DNA of 62,678 nt, filler included, from Platydemus manokwari (lineage: Eukaryota), in NCBI GenBank assembly GCA_037951405.1. It is 6 parts of 6 records of this genome, joined end to end, with 100 filler letters (N's around TTAATTAATTAA, not from the genome) between each part and the next. Parts side by side here need not be neighbours in the genome. Positions count along the whole stretch, not along the records: positions 35,215 to 44,709 come from JBBMOY011240763.1; positions 44,810 to 53,576 come from JBBMOY011353315.1; 4 more parts are not named here. One strand, given 5' to 3'. Position 1 is the first letter of the stretch. Each line of letters starts with the position of its first letter. Under the pieces are notes generated by a model. The model worked only from the letters and a program-made list of their open reading frames with translations, had not been told where the DNA came from and did not search any database. Shown piece after piece: positions 42,477-53,676 of this stretch. A program made the translations under genes and the position numbers.

Positions 42477-42999
42477 ACCACAATCATTCAAACCCCAGTA
42501 AACAGCTATCCAAAAACCAATCCGAATTCAATCTGTCAACAATATCGAATTCAGCAGCCCAATCCAGTAATCCAATAATCCTCTAACAATTCAACCAACA
42601 AATCTTGTCCGAATCAACAAACAACCTAATCATTCAATCGTCCTCATTCAAACCCAATTATTTACTCATTCTCGAATAATTCAATAGTCCGAATCAATTA
42701 TTTAATTGTCCTCAAACAGCGCAATTGGTCAATCACTATCGATAAAATAATTCTCAATTATCAAGCATCCCTAATCGACCCAGCAGACCAACCCAAGTAA
42801 TCAAAACAACAGTAAAATCAGTTTCCGCCCTATCCTATATTCGAACATTTAATAATTGATTGACATCGTAATAATATGTGTCTTATTAATTTGATATTTG
42901 CCTATTAAATTTAATATTTGCTTATCGGTATAATCCGCAATTTGTTATTTGCTTATGTATGTGTAGTTTAATAATTATTTATACTTGAAACTTTGATCT

Positions 43000-43166
43000 T
43001 GTAAACTGTGAGGAAAGAATACAATGAGATTACAAGCACAGTAATGATTATTATGTAATAAACCACTTGCGAATACAGTGAAATGAGTAGATCGAAAATG
43101 ATAGACAAAGATACAACATTAACACAATAAAAACAATAAACGATAAGAAAAATAAAATAACAACAC

Positions 43167-43210
<44 letters not shown>

Positions 43211-44050
43211 CAATAATGGTAATAATAAAGATAATAACAATAATATGAAGAATAATCATAATAGTAATAATAATAGCTATTTCAATCATAACAATAAAAG
43301 TACAATTCTTAAAATAAGTTATATTTTATCTGATATAAGGGAGACAAAATAAATCATATTTGAATATAAATAATATTTGAATTTTATCAAATGAAAAAAC
43401 GAAGGGTTATACAAATCAACAATAGAAATAAATTTAGTAACAGCCATAGCTCTGTACAAATGTATGGAATAAAATAATAATCTTAAGGAATAAAATTGGC
43501 GCCAGCTATAGAAACGGCACCATAGAAAAATACTATATAAGCACAGCATAAAAACATAGCAACGACCCATCTTTAACCAAGTGAACCAGCTCACTGGCGA
43601 AATCACAGAAGCGCATTACTGAAAACATATTCGTAAGATTATTTTGTTACGGTATCGTAACTATTCGGTAATTAATTATCTTGTGTCGTCTCCCGAACTC
43701 TTTCCTTCCGGTACTCGGTGTTTTGGGTACCACGTAGTTATCAGCTTGCGCAGTGTACTACACAATTTGGCAAAATTTGTTTTTGTTGTTTTTATTGTTG
43801 CTTATTTTTCATTCTTCATAAATAAACTATTTAATTAATCAACGTCTTATCGTGTTGTTAACAGTATTTTAAATCGCAGGTTATTCCAGTGACAGCGAGA
43901 ATTCATAAGTCCTTGTTGTCGCAGCTGATCATTTATCACAGGGGTATTATTATTACCTTTCAGTCTAATTTTCCAGAAGTTCGTCCTCATACGAGCTATT
44001 GAAGCCCTCTATAGGACCAGTAAGATCATTAACAACCCAAACCCCAAATA
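43000..44050 (+). repeat. LTR-like non-coding segment
   Basis: (AAT)n block at about 43168-43208; shares CGTAACTATT, CCAGTGA and TTGAAGCCCTCTATAGGACCAG (43999) in the same order as the 38 kb segment. Confidence 0.4.
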
Positions 44051-44617
44051 AAATTTATTTCATTATAATTGAATTTATTATGATAGAATGAAATTCTGCT
44101 ATTAAATTTATTATAGCGGAAAGAAATTCTCGATAATTAAATTTATTCTATTATAATGCAAATTAGACTAAATATTTTCGGCATTCCATGATTATTTTAT
44201 TGAATGCTACATGATTCAAAAATTACTACTGTTCCTTTATTACGGTTTGTTGTAATGAAATTGTTTAAGTACTTTAAAAATGTGCTGTATTTTTTCAATA
44301 TCCGAATTATTATTTCGGATTTAATTTATATACATGTATTCATTTAATAACAATTTTGCTACATAAGGTCATAGCCAAAATCTTTCGTATAGAGATGTTG
44401 GAACACACGTCCAATCATACTCACCAATTGTACATGGTATAAACTCGCTAGAAAACACAATTGTATTTATTAAAATGACATATATTGAAGCCATGTACAT
44501 AGCCATTTACAAAAAAGGAAATCACGCACTACACCTTGATTATGGACTAATGGATGAGAATTCAGAGTGAAAAATAATCCAAGTTAGAATAAATGTTGGG
44601 ATCCCTACCTAGCACTT

Positions 44618-44709
44618 CCAAACTGTATAAACAAATCCAAATCCATAACTGTATAAACATTCCAAAAACATAACAAAATCCAAATCCGAAACTGTATAAA
44701 CAATCCAAA
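44618..44709. repeat. Short degenerate tandem repeat (AACTGTATAAACA..TCCAAA) at contig end
   Basis: Three copies of AACTGTATAAACA running into the spacer. Confidence 0.8.
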
Positions 44710-44809
44710 NNNNNNNNNNNNNNNNNNNNNNNNNNNNNNNNNNNNNNNNNNNNTTAATTAATTAANNNNNNNNNNNNNNNNNNNNNNNNNNNNNNNNNNN
44801 NNNNNNNNN
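44710..44809. other. Assembly spacer N44-TTAATTAATTAA-N44
   Basis: Same 100-bp construct. Confidence 0.97.
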
Positions 44810-45614
44810 ACTCAAATAATAGATTTCTATAATATTGAAAGGGTCTTTTAAATAAAATTAATTTATTTATTGGAAATAGATAATAGATAATAGACCATCA
44901 AAGAGTAATCTCCTGGAATTTGAAAAACATTTATCTGATAAAAAAATTAGAACTCATGGATTTATTTACAGAAAATAATCCTGATTTGGAGTATTTCTAA
45001 ATTCTATATTAAATTAAATAAATCCCAAACTTGATAATTTGAGTGATCATCAGATTCTAAGGATATAAGTCCATCTTATCTATGTTATGAAAACGATACA
45101 TTAAAAGTAAGTGTTAATGAAGTATGTAATGGATGCAAACATTCAATTTTCATATCTACTGGAATTTGAGGATGTGTGTCAATTTATGGAAATGGAATTT
45201 TACTTGTAATTACTTTATATTCAGATTTAGGAGTTAGTTTATTCCCATTAATGAAGTCTAGTATTGAAGAATTATATCAGATAGAATTAAGTAGTATAAA
45301 GAAAATACTTTTTATAGAGGTTTGTGAACCAATTAAACATGATATCAATAAATTATATTTCTTCAAACAAAAAGCTTTGAAGGATAATATATTGACTGAT
45401 GAAGAAATAATTGGAACTAAGGATATTATTAAAGATTTACGTGAAGAAAATTTGAAGATTAACATAAACAAATGAAATTGAAACTGAGAAAAAGATAGAA
45501 AAAGAAGCAAAAAATGAACATATTAAAGAATAAAAGGGAAGGTTTCGTGAAGATTTAAAGAAATTTAAATGAATAAAATGTATGAAGAATGTTCATATTG
45601 TTTATGTATTAGTA

Positions 45615-46750
45615 TCAATTCCATCTACCAAATGGAAGGGTTTTTATATCACCCTCACAAATAAATGTCTTTCGATCAAAATTATGTAACGCTAATTTAT
45701 TAGTTATTAATAATTCGATATCATGTTTGTTAGAACCGATTCTCATAACATCTCTATAGTATATTTTATTATTAAATAAACATTCTTTAGATAAATCCAT
45801 ATTCATTTCATTATCAATTATTGATTCTTAATTCCTTTATTTTTAATTTTGGGTTTGCTCTATAACAATACTTTATAAGAATATGATTTTGACATCATAG
45901 CAGCCCATTCTGTTAAAATTTTGCCATTTAATTCATCTTTAAATTTCTCTGGAACTTTTTTATTCATTGTTATATATAATGAGCGGTTTTTATTATAATC
46001 TGAGAAACCAAATTCATTCTTTAATTCTTCATCATTGTTAATGTATTCATAAATATCTTCAATTTTAACGTTCTTAATATGTATTGATATATAATATTTC
46101 AATATTTTCTTTATATTTAGGTTTTAAAACAATATAATAGAATTCATACATTAATAACTTACTTAACTCTGAAATACAAAATCCTAAATATATTGGTTTA
46201 TTTAATTTCACTTGTTCTTTATGTTAATGTATTGCAAATAATTCATAACTAAATTATGAAAATCTTTTAAAAGTTGGTTTCGGTATTTTGTTTACTTGCT
46301 ATAAATAAATCAGAAATTAATTTTATATTTTCACGTTTCCTAATATTTTCCATTATTTTCAAAAGAAAGCATTATTCATTAATTTTCATATATTTTTTTC
46401 AAAATCACGTGTACCATTTGTTCTTAAATTTGTATTTGATTGAATGTATTCCTATAACCATTCCTTTTTAAAACACGCTATTATCCTATTTACCCATGTT
46501 ATTTTCATTCCCATTTTCAAATAAAATTGGAGATTTCCATAATGAACAACATAATTGGTTTTATTTGTCTGATCACAAATTAATAATTCTAATAATGGAA
46601 TTTTTTCTATCTTGATTTCTTCTTTTTGTTTATCAATAAACTTTTCGAAATTAACGTTTTTTTCTCTGAAGCTAAAGGGAAATCTATTTTGTTTGTATTT
46701 TACATTCATTTGTATATTCTAAATCAACCTCTAAAATCATTCCCTATTTT
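45615..46750 (-). mobile_element. Polinton/Maverick-type protein-primed DNA polymerase B, decayed C-terminal half
   Basis: Ordered motifs 'NKTNYVVHYGNLQFYLKMGM', 'KLMNNAFF*K.MENIRKR', 'KPIYLGFCISELSKLLMYEFYY', 'KVPEKFKDELNGKILTEW...KSYSY' and 'IGSNKH...KLALHNFDRK...TLPFG'; multiple frameshifts and stops. Confidence 0.88.
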
Positions 46751-46786
46751 GAATTATGTGCTATTCGTTTTACTAATGATTTTTTT

Positions 46787-47759
46787 GGCTTAAGTTAAGA
46801 AAAAGGGTCGTTTGACCCAATTTTGAAGTAATAATTTTTCGTGAGTTATTTGATATTAGAATCTATTTGTAATCATATTTTAATGAAATTTTTACATGAA
46901 ATTCAATTATAGATTAAAAACAAAAAATCAACTCTAACAATCAAAAACCATATTCGATGCTTGCTGCTTTATTTGGCACTTTCAAAACATTCCTCGACAA
47001 TTCAAGACATTTATATGCCAAGATATTTTTTCATTGGCGAGGAATTTACATATTTTGTTGTATCTCAATAAATAATTTTAAATTGTTGGTTTTATTTTTA
47101 TAAAAATTGTCAATATTTATTGATTGTTAGTTTACTAATGGACTTGAAAATATAATATATTTTAAAATATAATTTTTTTGTACTAAAAATACTTTATTAA
47201 TAATATCGAAAAGAGACAAGACTGAATTGTTGAAATAAGTCCCTATTTGAATTCCGAAACTTATATATCTGTGGCATTTTCACCTACACGATTTATTGGA
47301 TTTGGATCAAATCTTCATTTCATTACAAAATCGACAGGTTTTGGATCTATGTATTCAATCCATTAAATAGATATTAATATACTTAATTTGAGCGAAAACA
47401 CACACGCCTTGTTCGTGGCACTTCTCAATAATTTCGAAAACACTTTTTTATCAATTAACTCTAAAAATCTTAGATATCATTCTGATTGCTTCTAATGTTA
47501 AACGAAGAAGTCCTCGCTGATTTTCAATTAATTGCATTTTGACCTACTTTGACCCATTTTCAAATAATTAATTTTTAGGCGAAATTAAAAATCATGTGCA
47601 TATATTATTTAATTCTAATTAACTAAAAATTTTTCTTAAGTACTTAAATAAAAATTTATAAAATATTAAAGAATTTAATTGAATTATCTATATAGATTTT
47701 TGTAATACACTCCAAAATTTTAAAATTTTATTTCAGGACCCTATTTTTTACCATTAGTT
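46787..47759 (-). mobile_element. Merlin element remnant with both ends and transposase N-terminus
   Basis: Left end GGCTTAAGTTAAGAAAAAGGGTC; right end GGACCCTATTTTTTA. Minus-strand 'KTCRFCNEMKI...KCHRYISFGIQIGTYFNN' is homologous to 50660-50810. Confidence 0.75.
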
Positions 47760-48225
47760 GAATTCTTACATATAAAGGTAGTTTAGGAATCTTATTAGGA
47801 ATCATATTGCTTTTTTGTTGATACTATTCTATGAAATACACATTGGATACGAATCATTAAGTTACATTAAAATTTTATACTGTTAATGTTTAAATTTATT
47901 CCACAAATTATTTTAATTTTATTATTTTTAATTAATTAATTATTTTTAATTAACTTATTTATTTTATATTATTACATATATGCCAGACTTTTTAATTAAC
48001 TCAATACTGTTATTTCAACAGAAATTTCCAACAATATTTAGAATAGACTACTGTGCTGTTTTGAAGTTTCTCAAAGATATTTATTAAAAACTATTTTATA
48101 ATATTTTCATTTTCACTAGAAAAATTTTACACAAATCAATGTTATAAGTTTTTGATCATAATATTACAACATCCATTTAGCGATCCCCAAAGACATTTTA
48201 GAAATTTAGATGCTGGATAAGGGTT

Positions 48226-48661
48226 TTAAGTAGTTTCTTGGATTTCTTTAGTGGGCCTTGACACATTAGAGTGTTTAGTGCTCAAATAACTTTCCGTTTT
48301 TGCTTTCGTCGTTATACTTGTCATAATTCTTGAACTGGTTCCCTTTGTCATTTTGTCATCATTAATCGTCGTACTTGCAAACATTCTTATAATCTCTTTT
48401 GCCATTGTTCCAGTAGTCATACTAGTTATCATTCTTATGGGCAATTTAAGAGTTATGCCCTATTGTTCTTGCTATATTTAATGTCGTTTTTCTTACTGGC
48501 CTTCCAGTTCTCATACTTGCTGTCGTTCCTATGATAATTGGTGTTATATGTATTGGAATCGCTTGTGATATTGGTGATTCAACTGGATTGGGTTGACTTA
48601 CTAGTGTAAGATAAGCAAAAACTAAAATATATTTATATCGGTCAATAGATTCTTTTGACAT
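48226..48661 (-). pseudogene. Frameshifted paralog of the 52 kb mucin-like gene
   Basis: 'ILVFAYLTLVSQPNPVESPISQAIPIHITP' aligns with 'LLCFTHLTLGSPAKHVQQTVIHVITVYITP'; 'ASMRTGRPVRKTTLNIAR' with 'AGMKNRKTGRITSLKVAK'; and, after a frameshift near 48460, 'GITLKLPIRMITSMTTGTMAK' with 'GITAKTPTQMITRKTTKTIAK'. Confidence 0.72.
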
Positions 48662-50284
48662 AACAACTAAAACTGCATTATGAAGGTCATCCTCTCCGAA
48701 TATATGGACTTTTAAAATGTGAAAAATACGACATATATTGAATCACATTAATTAAATGATACGTTTTGGAGTCGTATGGTTTATTTTATTATTACTGGTT
48801 ATGTGATTTATCGATATCTACATTTCAGTTTTGACCCTCTGCTAATATTTAGATCTTAAATTTATGTTGTTTTTTAAACACAGCGTTCTCAACCTATATG
48901 GAGATAAGCAGAACTGCATGGATAACGATATATTTATTTTAAATGCCTTTTCTATTGCTTCAACGCACTTCATTAATTTTATCATTCACTATCTTTATTA
49001 AATTTTATCACAAATTATTGCAAAAATAGTGATGAATGATAGTTAATGTATAAACTATGATATTGGAAATCCTGATAGTCAACTACTTGATTGATAACAA
49101 CAAGTTTCTTATATAAAATGTTTATTGCAGATGAAAATTATACAAATAGACTGCTTTTATACAGCTATTACATAACAGGAAATTATACAAATTGCTACTT
49201 TATACATCGATTTTTAGATTGTTTTATACATTTCAAAGTTGTAAAAATCAATGTGCAATTCAGGGTAGCAGATCGTAAACCAGCTAGCCTCGATACTGGG
49301 GAATTGTATTTCACTAGAAATTTGAGCTTCGTTCAATAAATAGAAAAAATATGACGAAATAGACATTTTATATGGGATTTTACACAAAATGTCTTAGTTT
49401 ACTTTTGATCGTCCGCGCTTAGATTATTCTTATTCTCTTCTTGTGAAATTAGATTGAGTATTAAACTGTTTGTCTTAAAGATTTGGCTCGGCGTGGTAAA
49501 AACGGACGAATGTTCTATCTATTGATTTCATATAAGGGAAAAATATTTGATTGATAATGCCTTATATATTGGGTTACCCAGTCAATAGAAATAACGGGTT
49601 TCCATATAAAGAAGATATAATAAAGATGTAGAGTAGATATAAGGGAAGATATAAAGAAAATGTAAATAAGATATAAAGAAAATTTAGAGAAGAATTAGAG
49701 GAGATATCAAGAAGATATCAAGAAGATTTAAAAAAGAACTAAAACGTATAGAAGAACTAGAAAATTTTCAGTTGTCAAGAAATAAGAAAAAGAAAATGTT
49801 AAAGGTTGAAGAAAGGGAGATGTGAACATTTTAAATTGAATCCAAATTTTTAAAGCTTAAATTTTGTGTAAAATTTTGTATTATATAAAATTTTATTTGA
49901 TGTAAAATAATTTTGTATAAAATTAAATTAATATGTTAAAATAATTGTATTTAAATATGAGATGTCGTGACTTTCATTTCGTTTTCGAAGCATCCTTTAT
50001 AAAATAATAGCGGCCTTCAATTCATATTAATTTCAATATCAATTCAAGTTTATCATGAAATGATAATTATTTATACGATATTTAAATTTCCTATTAAAAT
50101 TATTATAATTTCTTTCAATGAAAATTAATATCTTAACTACATATCGCCAATTCTGATTTGAAAATTATTATTTCATATTTAACTTTCACAATTATCAAGT
50201 ATATCATTAAATAAAGATAGAAATAATAAGCTTCAAATTATTTATGAAATAAATGAAACATACTTTTGTGTGTTGAGCATTCGA

Positions 50285-51115
50285 CTAAAGTTTAAGAAAG
50301 ACTCCTAAATTAAAATTTTAAAATTGTGGAGTGTATTGCAAAAATCTATATAGACTATTTAATTAAATTTTTAACTAACATTTTGAATTTAGTATTTAAA
50401 TACTTGAGAAAAATTTATTCATTTATAATCAAATAATATATAAGCAGGAGTTTTTAAATTTATTAAAAATTAATTATTTGAAAATGGTTCAAATGCAAAT
50501 TTTTGAAAATTAACGAGGACCCTTTTCTACACGAAAGCAAATGGAAAGATATCTGAAATTTTCGAAATTATTTATCAAAAGAAGTGATAAAGAAATTATT
50601 GAAAGATGCCAGGAATTAAGTAATTATATTTTAATTCAAAAATAAGTGAATATCTGTTTAATAGATTGGATACCCAGATCCAAAACAAGTCAATGTGGCA
50701 ATCCAATGAAGATTTCACCAGAATTAAGACAATCGTATAATTTGAGATGCCACAAATGCAAAAGAAGTATTGGAATTCGAATATAGGGACTTGGTTCAAC
50801 AATTTAGCCTGAATCTTTTTCGACATTCTCAATATTAGTAATTTGTCGTGCACGGGGGCCACACAAAAAATGTGTTATCAAGTGAGCTCCGTAAGCAAGC
50901 CAACAATTACGAAATGGTAATAATTTTTCATAAAATATAACCACGACTTTAATAAAATTTATTCGGCTACGAAATGTATCGAACAGGAAAATTATCGGAG
51001 GTCAAAATATAGTTGTCAAAACAGATGAGACCTATTTTGAAGGGGCCAAATATACTCGAGGAGGTTGAAATACTGGAATTAGGTTCATTGGCGGACTGAA
51101 AACATACAACGAGAT
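50285..51115 (+). mobile_element. Merlin (ISXO2-like) transposon, 5' end plus decayed transposase N-half
   Basis: Family 5' block followed by 'LRCHKCKRSIGIR...GTWFNN' and 'KIIGGQNIVVKTDETYFEGAKYTRGG*NTGIRFIGG', matching Merlin KIGG...VEIDES.F...KY.RG...WVFGG. Confidence 0.82.
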
Positions 51116-52003
51116 GAATAGTTTCCTCATTTAATTCTTGAAATAATTCACCATCTTTATCTCATCTTTATATTGCGTATCCTTTAATTATATAATTTAT
51201 TATTTGATCGCTCAAATACAATGTTTCCTTGATAAAATTAATATCAGACTTGTACTAAATCAGTGCAAATATTTCAACACACAGGCTTTACTTTGTCTTC
51301 ACTGTCAATTCTTTGTTTTTAGGATTTGCTACAATGTTTGATGATTCGTATTATTCCACTGTAAATATTGACACACAATTAATTTATATGAAAAATCTGT
51401 TTTTAAAGTAATATTAAATTAATTGATCCAGACATGAAATAAAGATGATTTAGTCACCTCTTTACCAATATAGCTCAATTTGAGTTACTATTTTTAATGA
51501 GGAGGGTTATCTTGATTGAATAATATCACTATGTAATGTTCGTTATTTATAGTTAAGCAATTTATTTAATTACGTAACCTAGTAATTAGAATCGACATAC
51601 ATATATTTCAAAGCCATTAATAGTCGACTAGGATTGTCTTATAGATAAAAGATGTGTTTCTATAAATGTCATAATTTTCACATAATATTGATAATGGTCG
51701 AAATAAATAAAAATTATCATATTTACAAAATAGAAAATTTCAAATCAATAAAATCAATATTGGAGCGATTGCCAGCATTGAAATTACTTGTAAAAAGAGA
51801 TTCAATGACCTGAATAAATACAAATAAACACGCATAACCAATATGCAGAAATGCAAATCAATACAATTTCTGAATACCAAATACAGAAATATTCAAATCA
51901 AATCACAAAATTGTCCCGATTTTCGAAATGAGTAGAATTAATATTCACAATATTTAAACAATCAACGAATCTGTCTGACAATCGATTAACGAATTGCATC
52001 GAA

Positions 52004-53258
52004 ATGGTGAGTTGTATTTGATATTTTCGTATTTGTATTGACATTGAATTAGAATTGGATGATTGGACTAATTTCCCTGCTGTGTTTTACTCATCTAACT
52101 CTAGGAAGTCCTGCCAAACATGTTCAACAAACTGTAATACATGTAATTACAGTTTATATAACACCATTTCCGACGGAAATGACAAAAAGTATGACGACTC
52201 AAACGACGGAAAGTACAACGACTCAAACGACAGAAAGTATGACGACTCCTACGACGGAAAGTATGACGACTCCAACGACGGAAAGTATGACGACTCCAAC
52301 GCCCGAAAGTATGACGACTCCAACGACGGAAAGTATGACGACTCCAACGACGGAAAGTATGACGACTCCAACGACGGAAAGTATGACGACTCCAACGCCC
52401 GAAAGTATGACGACTCCAACGCCCGAAAGTATGACGACTCCAACGACGGAAAATACGACGACTCAAACAATCGAAAGTATGACGACTCCAACGACGGAAA
52501 GTACGACGACTCAAACGACACAAAGTAAGACGACTCCAACCACAGAAAGTATGAAGACTCAAACGACGAAAAGTACGAACAGTGGAGCGAGTGTGACAAC
52601 TGGAACGACAGCAAAAAAAAGTGCACTAAACACGATAACAATGACCATGGAAAGAGTTGCAGGTATGAAGAATAGAAAGACAGGAAGAATTACGTCATTA
52701 AAAGTGGCAAAAATGAAAATTTCAACGACAGCAAGAAAGAAGGCATTAAATGATCAAAGAATGACCGCTGGAATAACTGCTAAAACGCCTACACAAATGA
52801 TTACCAGAAAGACTACTAAAACAATAGCAAAGACAACGACTGGAACAACGCCAAGATCGACGACGCTAATGATAAAAAGAATGACAGCACAAATCAAAAC
52901 CGTAACTCAAGCCAACGATTTGGAAATTAAAAAACAGACAATGACTATGACGACAATTCCCGAGGAGGAAACTGCGACTGAAATCATTGCAAGTGATACA
53001 CCCACTTATTGGGAAAGCCCAAACGAAGAAACAACTAATGAAACAACAATTCCGGTGGAAGAAAATACGAATAAAATCATTGCAAATGATATACCCACTC
53101 ATTGGGAAAGTATAACCGAGCAAACAACAACTACAGAAAATACGGATTTTTGGGGATCAGCGAAAAAAATACTTGTAAAAGCTGGAAAACTTGCAGTAAA
53201 AAAAGCAAAAGAAAAAGTTAAAGATGGACTTTCATCTTTGTTTAAAGACGAAAAATAA
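52004..53258 (+). CDS. Secreted Thr-rich mucin-like protein (402 aa in this model) with cationic amphipathic C-terminal tail
   Basis: ATG-only first coding exon (52004-52006), a 46-nt intron GTGAGT...TTAG (52007-52052), then exon 52053-53258. Signal-peptide-like MNWMIGLISLLCFTHLTLG, 16 x SMTTPTTE-type repeats, AATAAA at 53276-53281. Confidence 0.85.
52188..52571 (+). repeat. Coding tandem repeat, 16 x 24 bp (AGTATGACGACTCCAACGACGGAA)
   Basis: Direct count of 16 eight-codon units. Confidence 0.95.
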
Positions 53259-53576
53259 GAGTCAGAAATTAATCAAATAAATTAAATTTTCCAACTTTGG
53301 GTGATATTTTAAAATAATAAGTTCTTCAAATTTTTTTAAATAATTCTTTTAAATTGTCAGTGTTGTAAAAATTATTTAGACTCCATTCACACTGGTAACG
53401 TTTATCTGTTATTTAAAACTTCAGTTGGAACAGTTCGCCATGCTCGTCGTCTCACATCTTCAAGAGGTTGAAAGAAGAAACCAATATGACAATGCGACAA
53501 ATTACTTTTTAGTTTCTTATTGCATTCTCATGTCTTAAATGCTCTCAAAAAATCAATTATTTAGGTTACATTATTT

Positions 53577-53676
53577 NNNNNNNNNNNNNNNNNNNNNNNN
53601 NNNNNNNNNNNNNNNNNNNNTTAATTAATTAANNNNNNNNNNNNNNNNNNNNNNNNNNNNNNNNNNNNNNNNNNNN
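53577..53676. other. Assembly spacer N44-TTAATTAATTAA-N44
   Basis: Same 100-bp construct. Confidence 0.97.

Noticed and set aside
49808-49830. Polypurine tract followed by TG (GAAGAAAGGGAGA-TGTG), suggesting a 3' LTR start
   Set aside because: No matching LTR or recognisable integrase sequence nearby to confirm it.
51024-51055. CAGATGAGACC...GGCCAAATA resembling the 59.4 kb ribozyme core
   Set aside because: Fully explained as Merlin transposase codons (TDETYFEGAKY).
52055-52641. Alternative-frame and antisense ORFs over the 24-bp repeat (DGKYDDSN, RHTFRRWS, ESSYFPSL), the first resembling Tyr/Lys/Asp-rich eggshell proteins
   Set aside because: Shadows of a stop-free repeat unit. The DGKYDDSN frame has no ATG or signal peptide and hits many stops after 52526, whereas the Thr-rich frame is open, spliced and conserved in the paralog.
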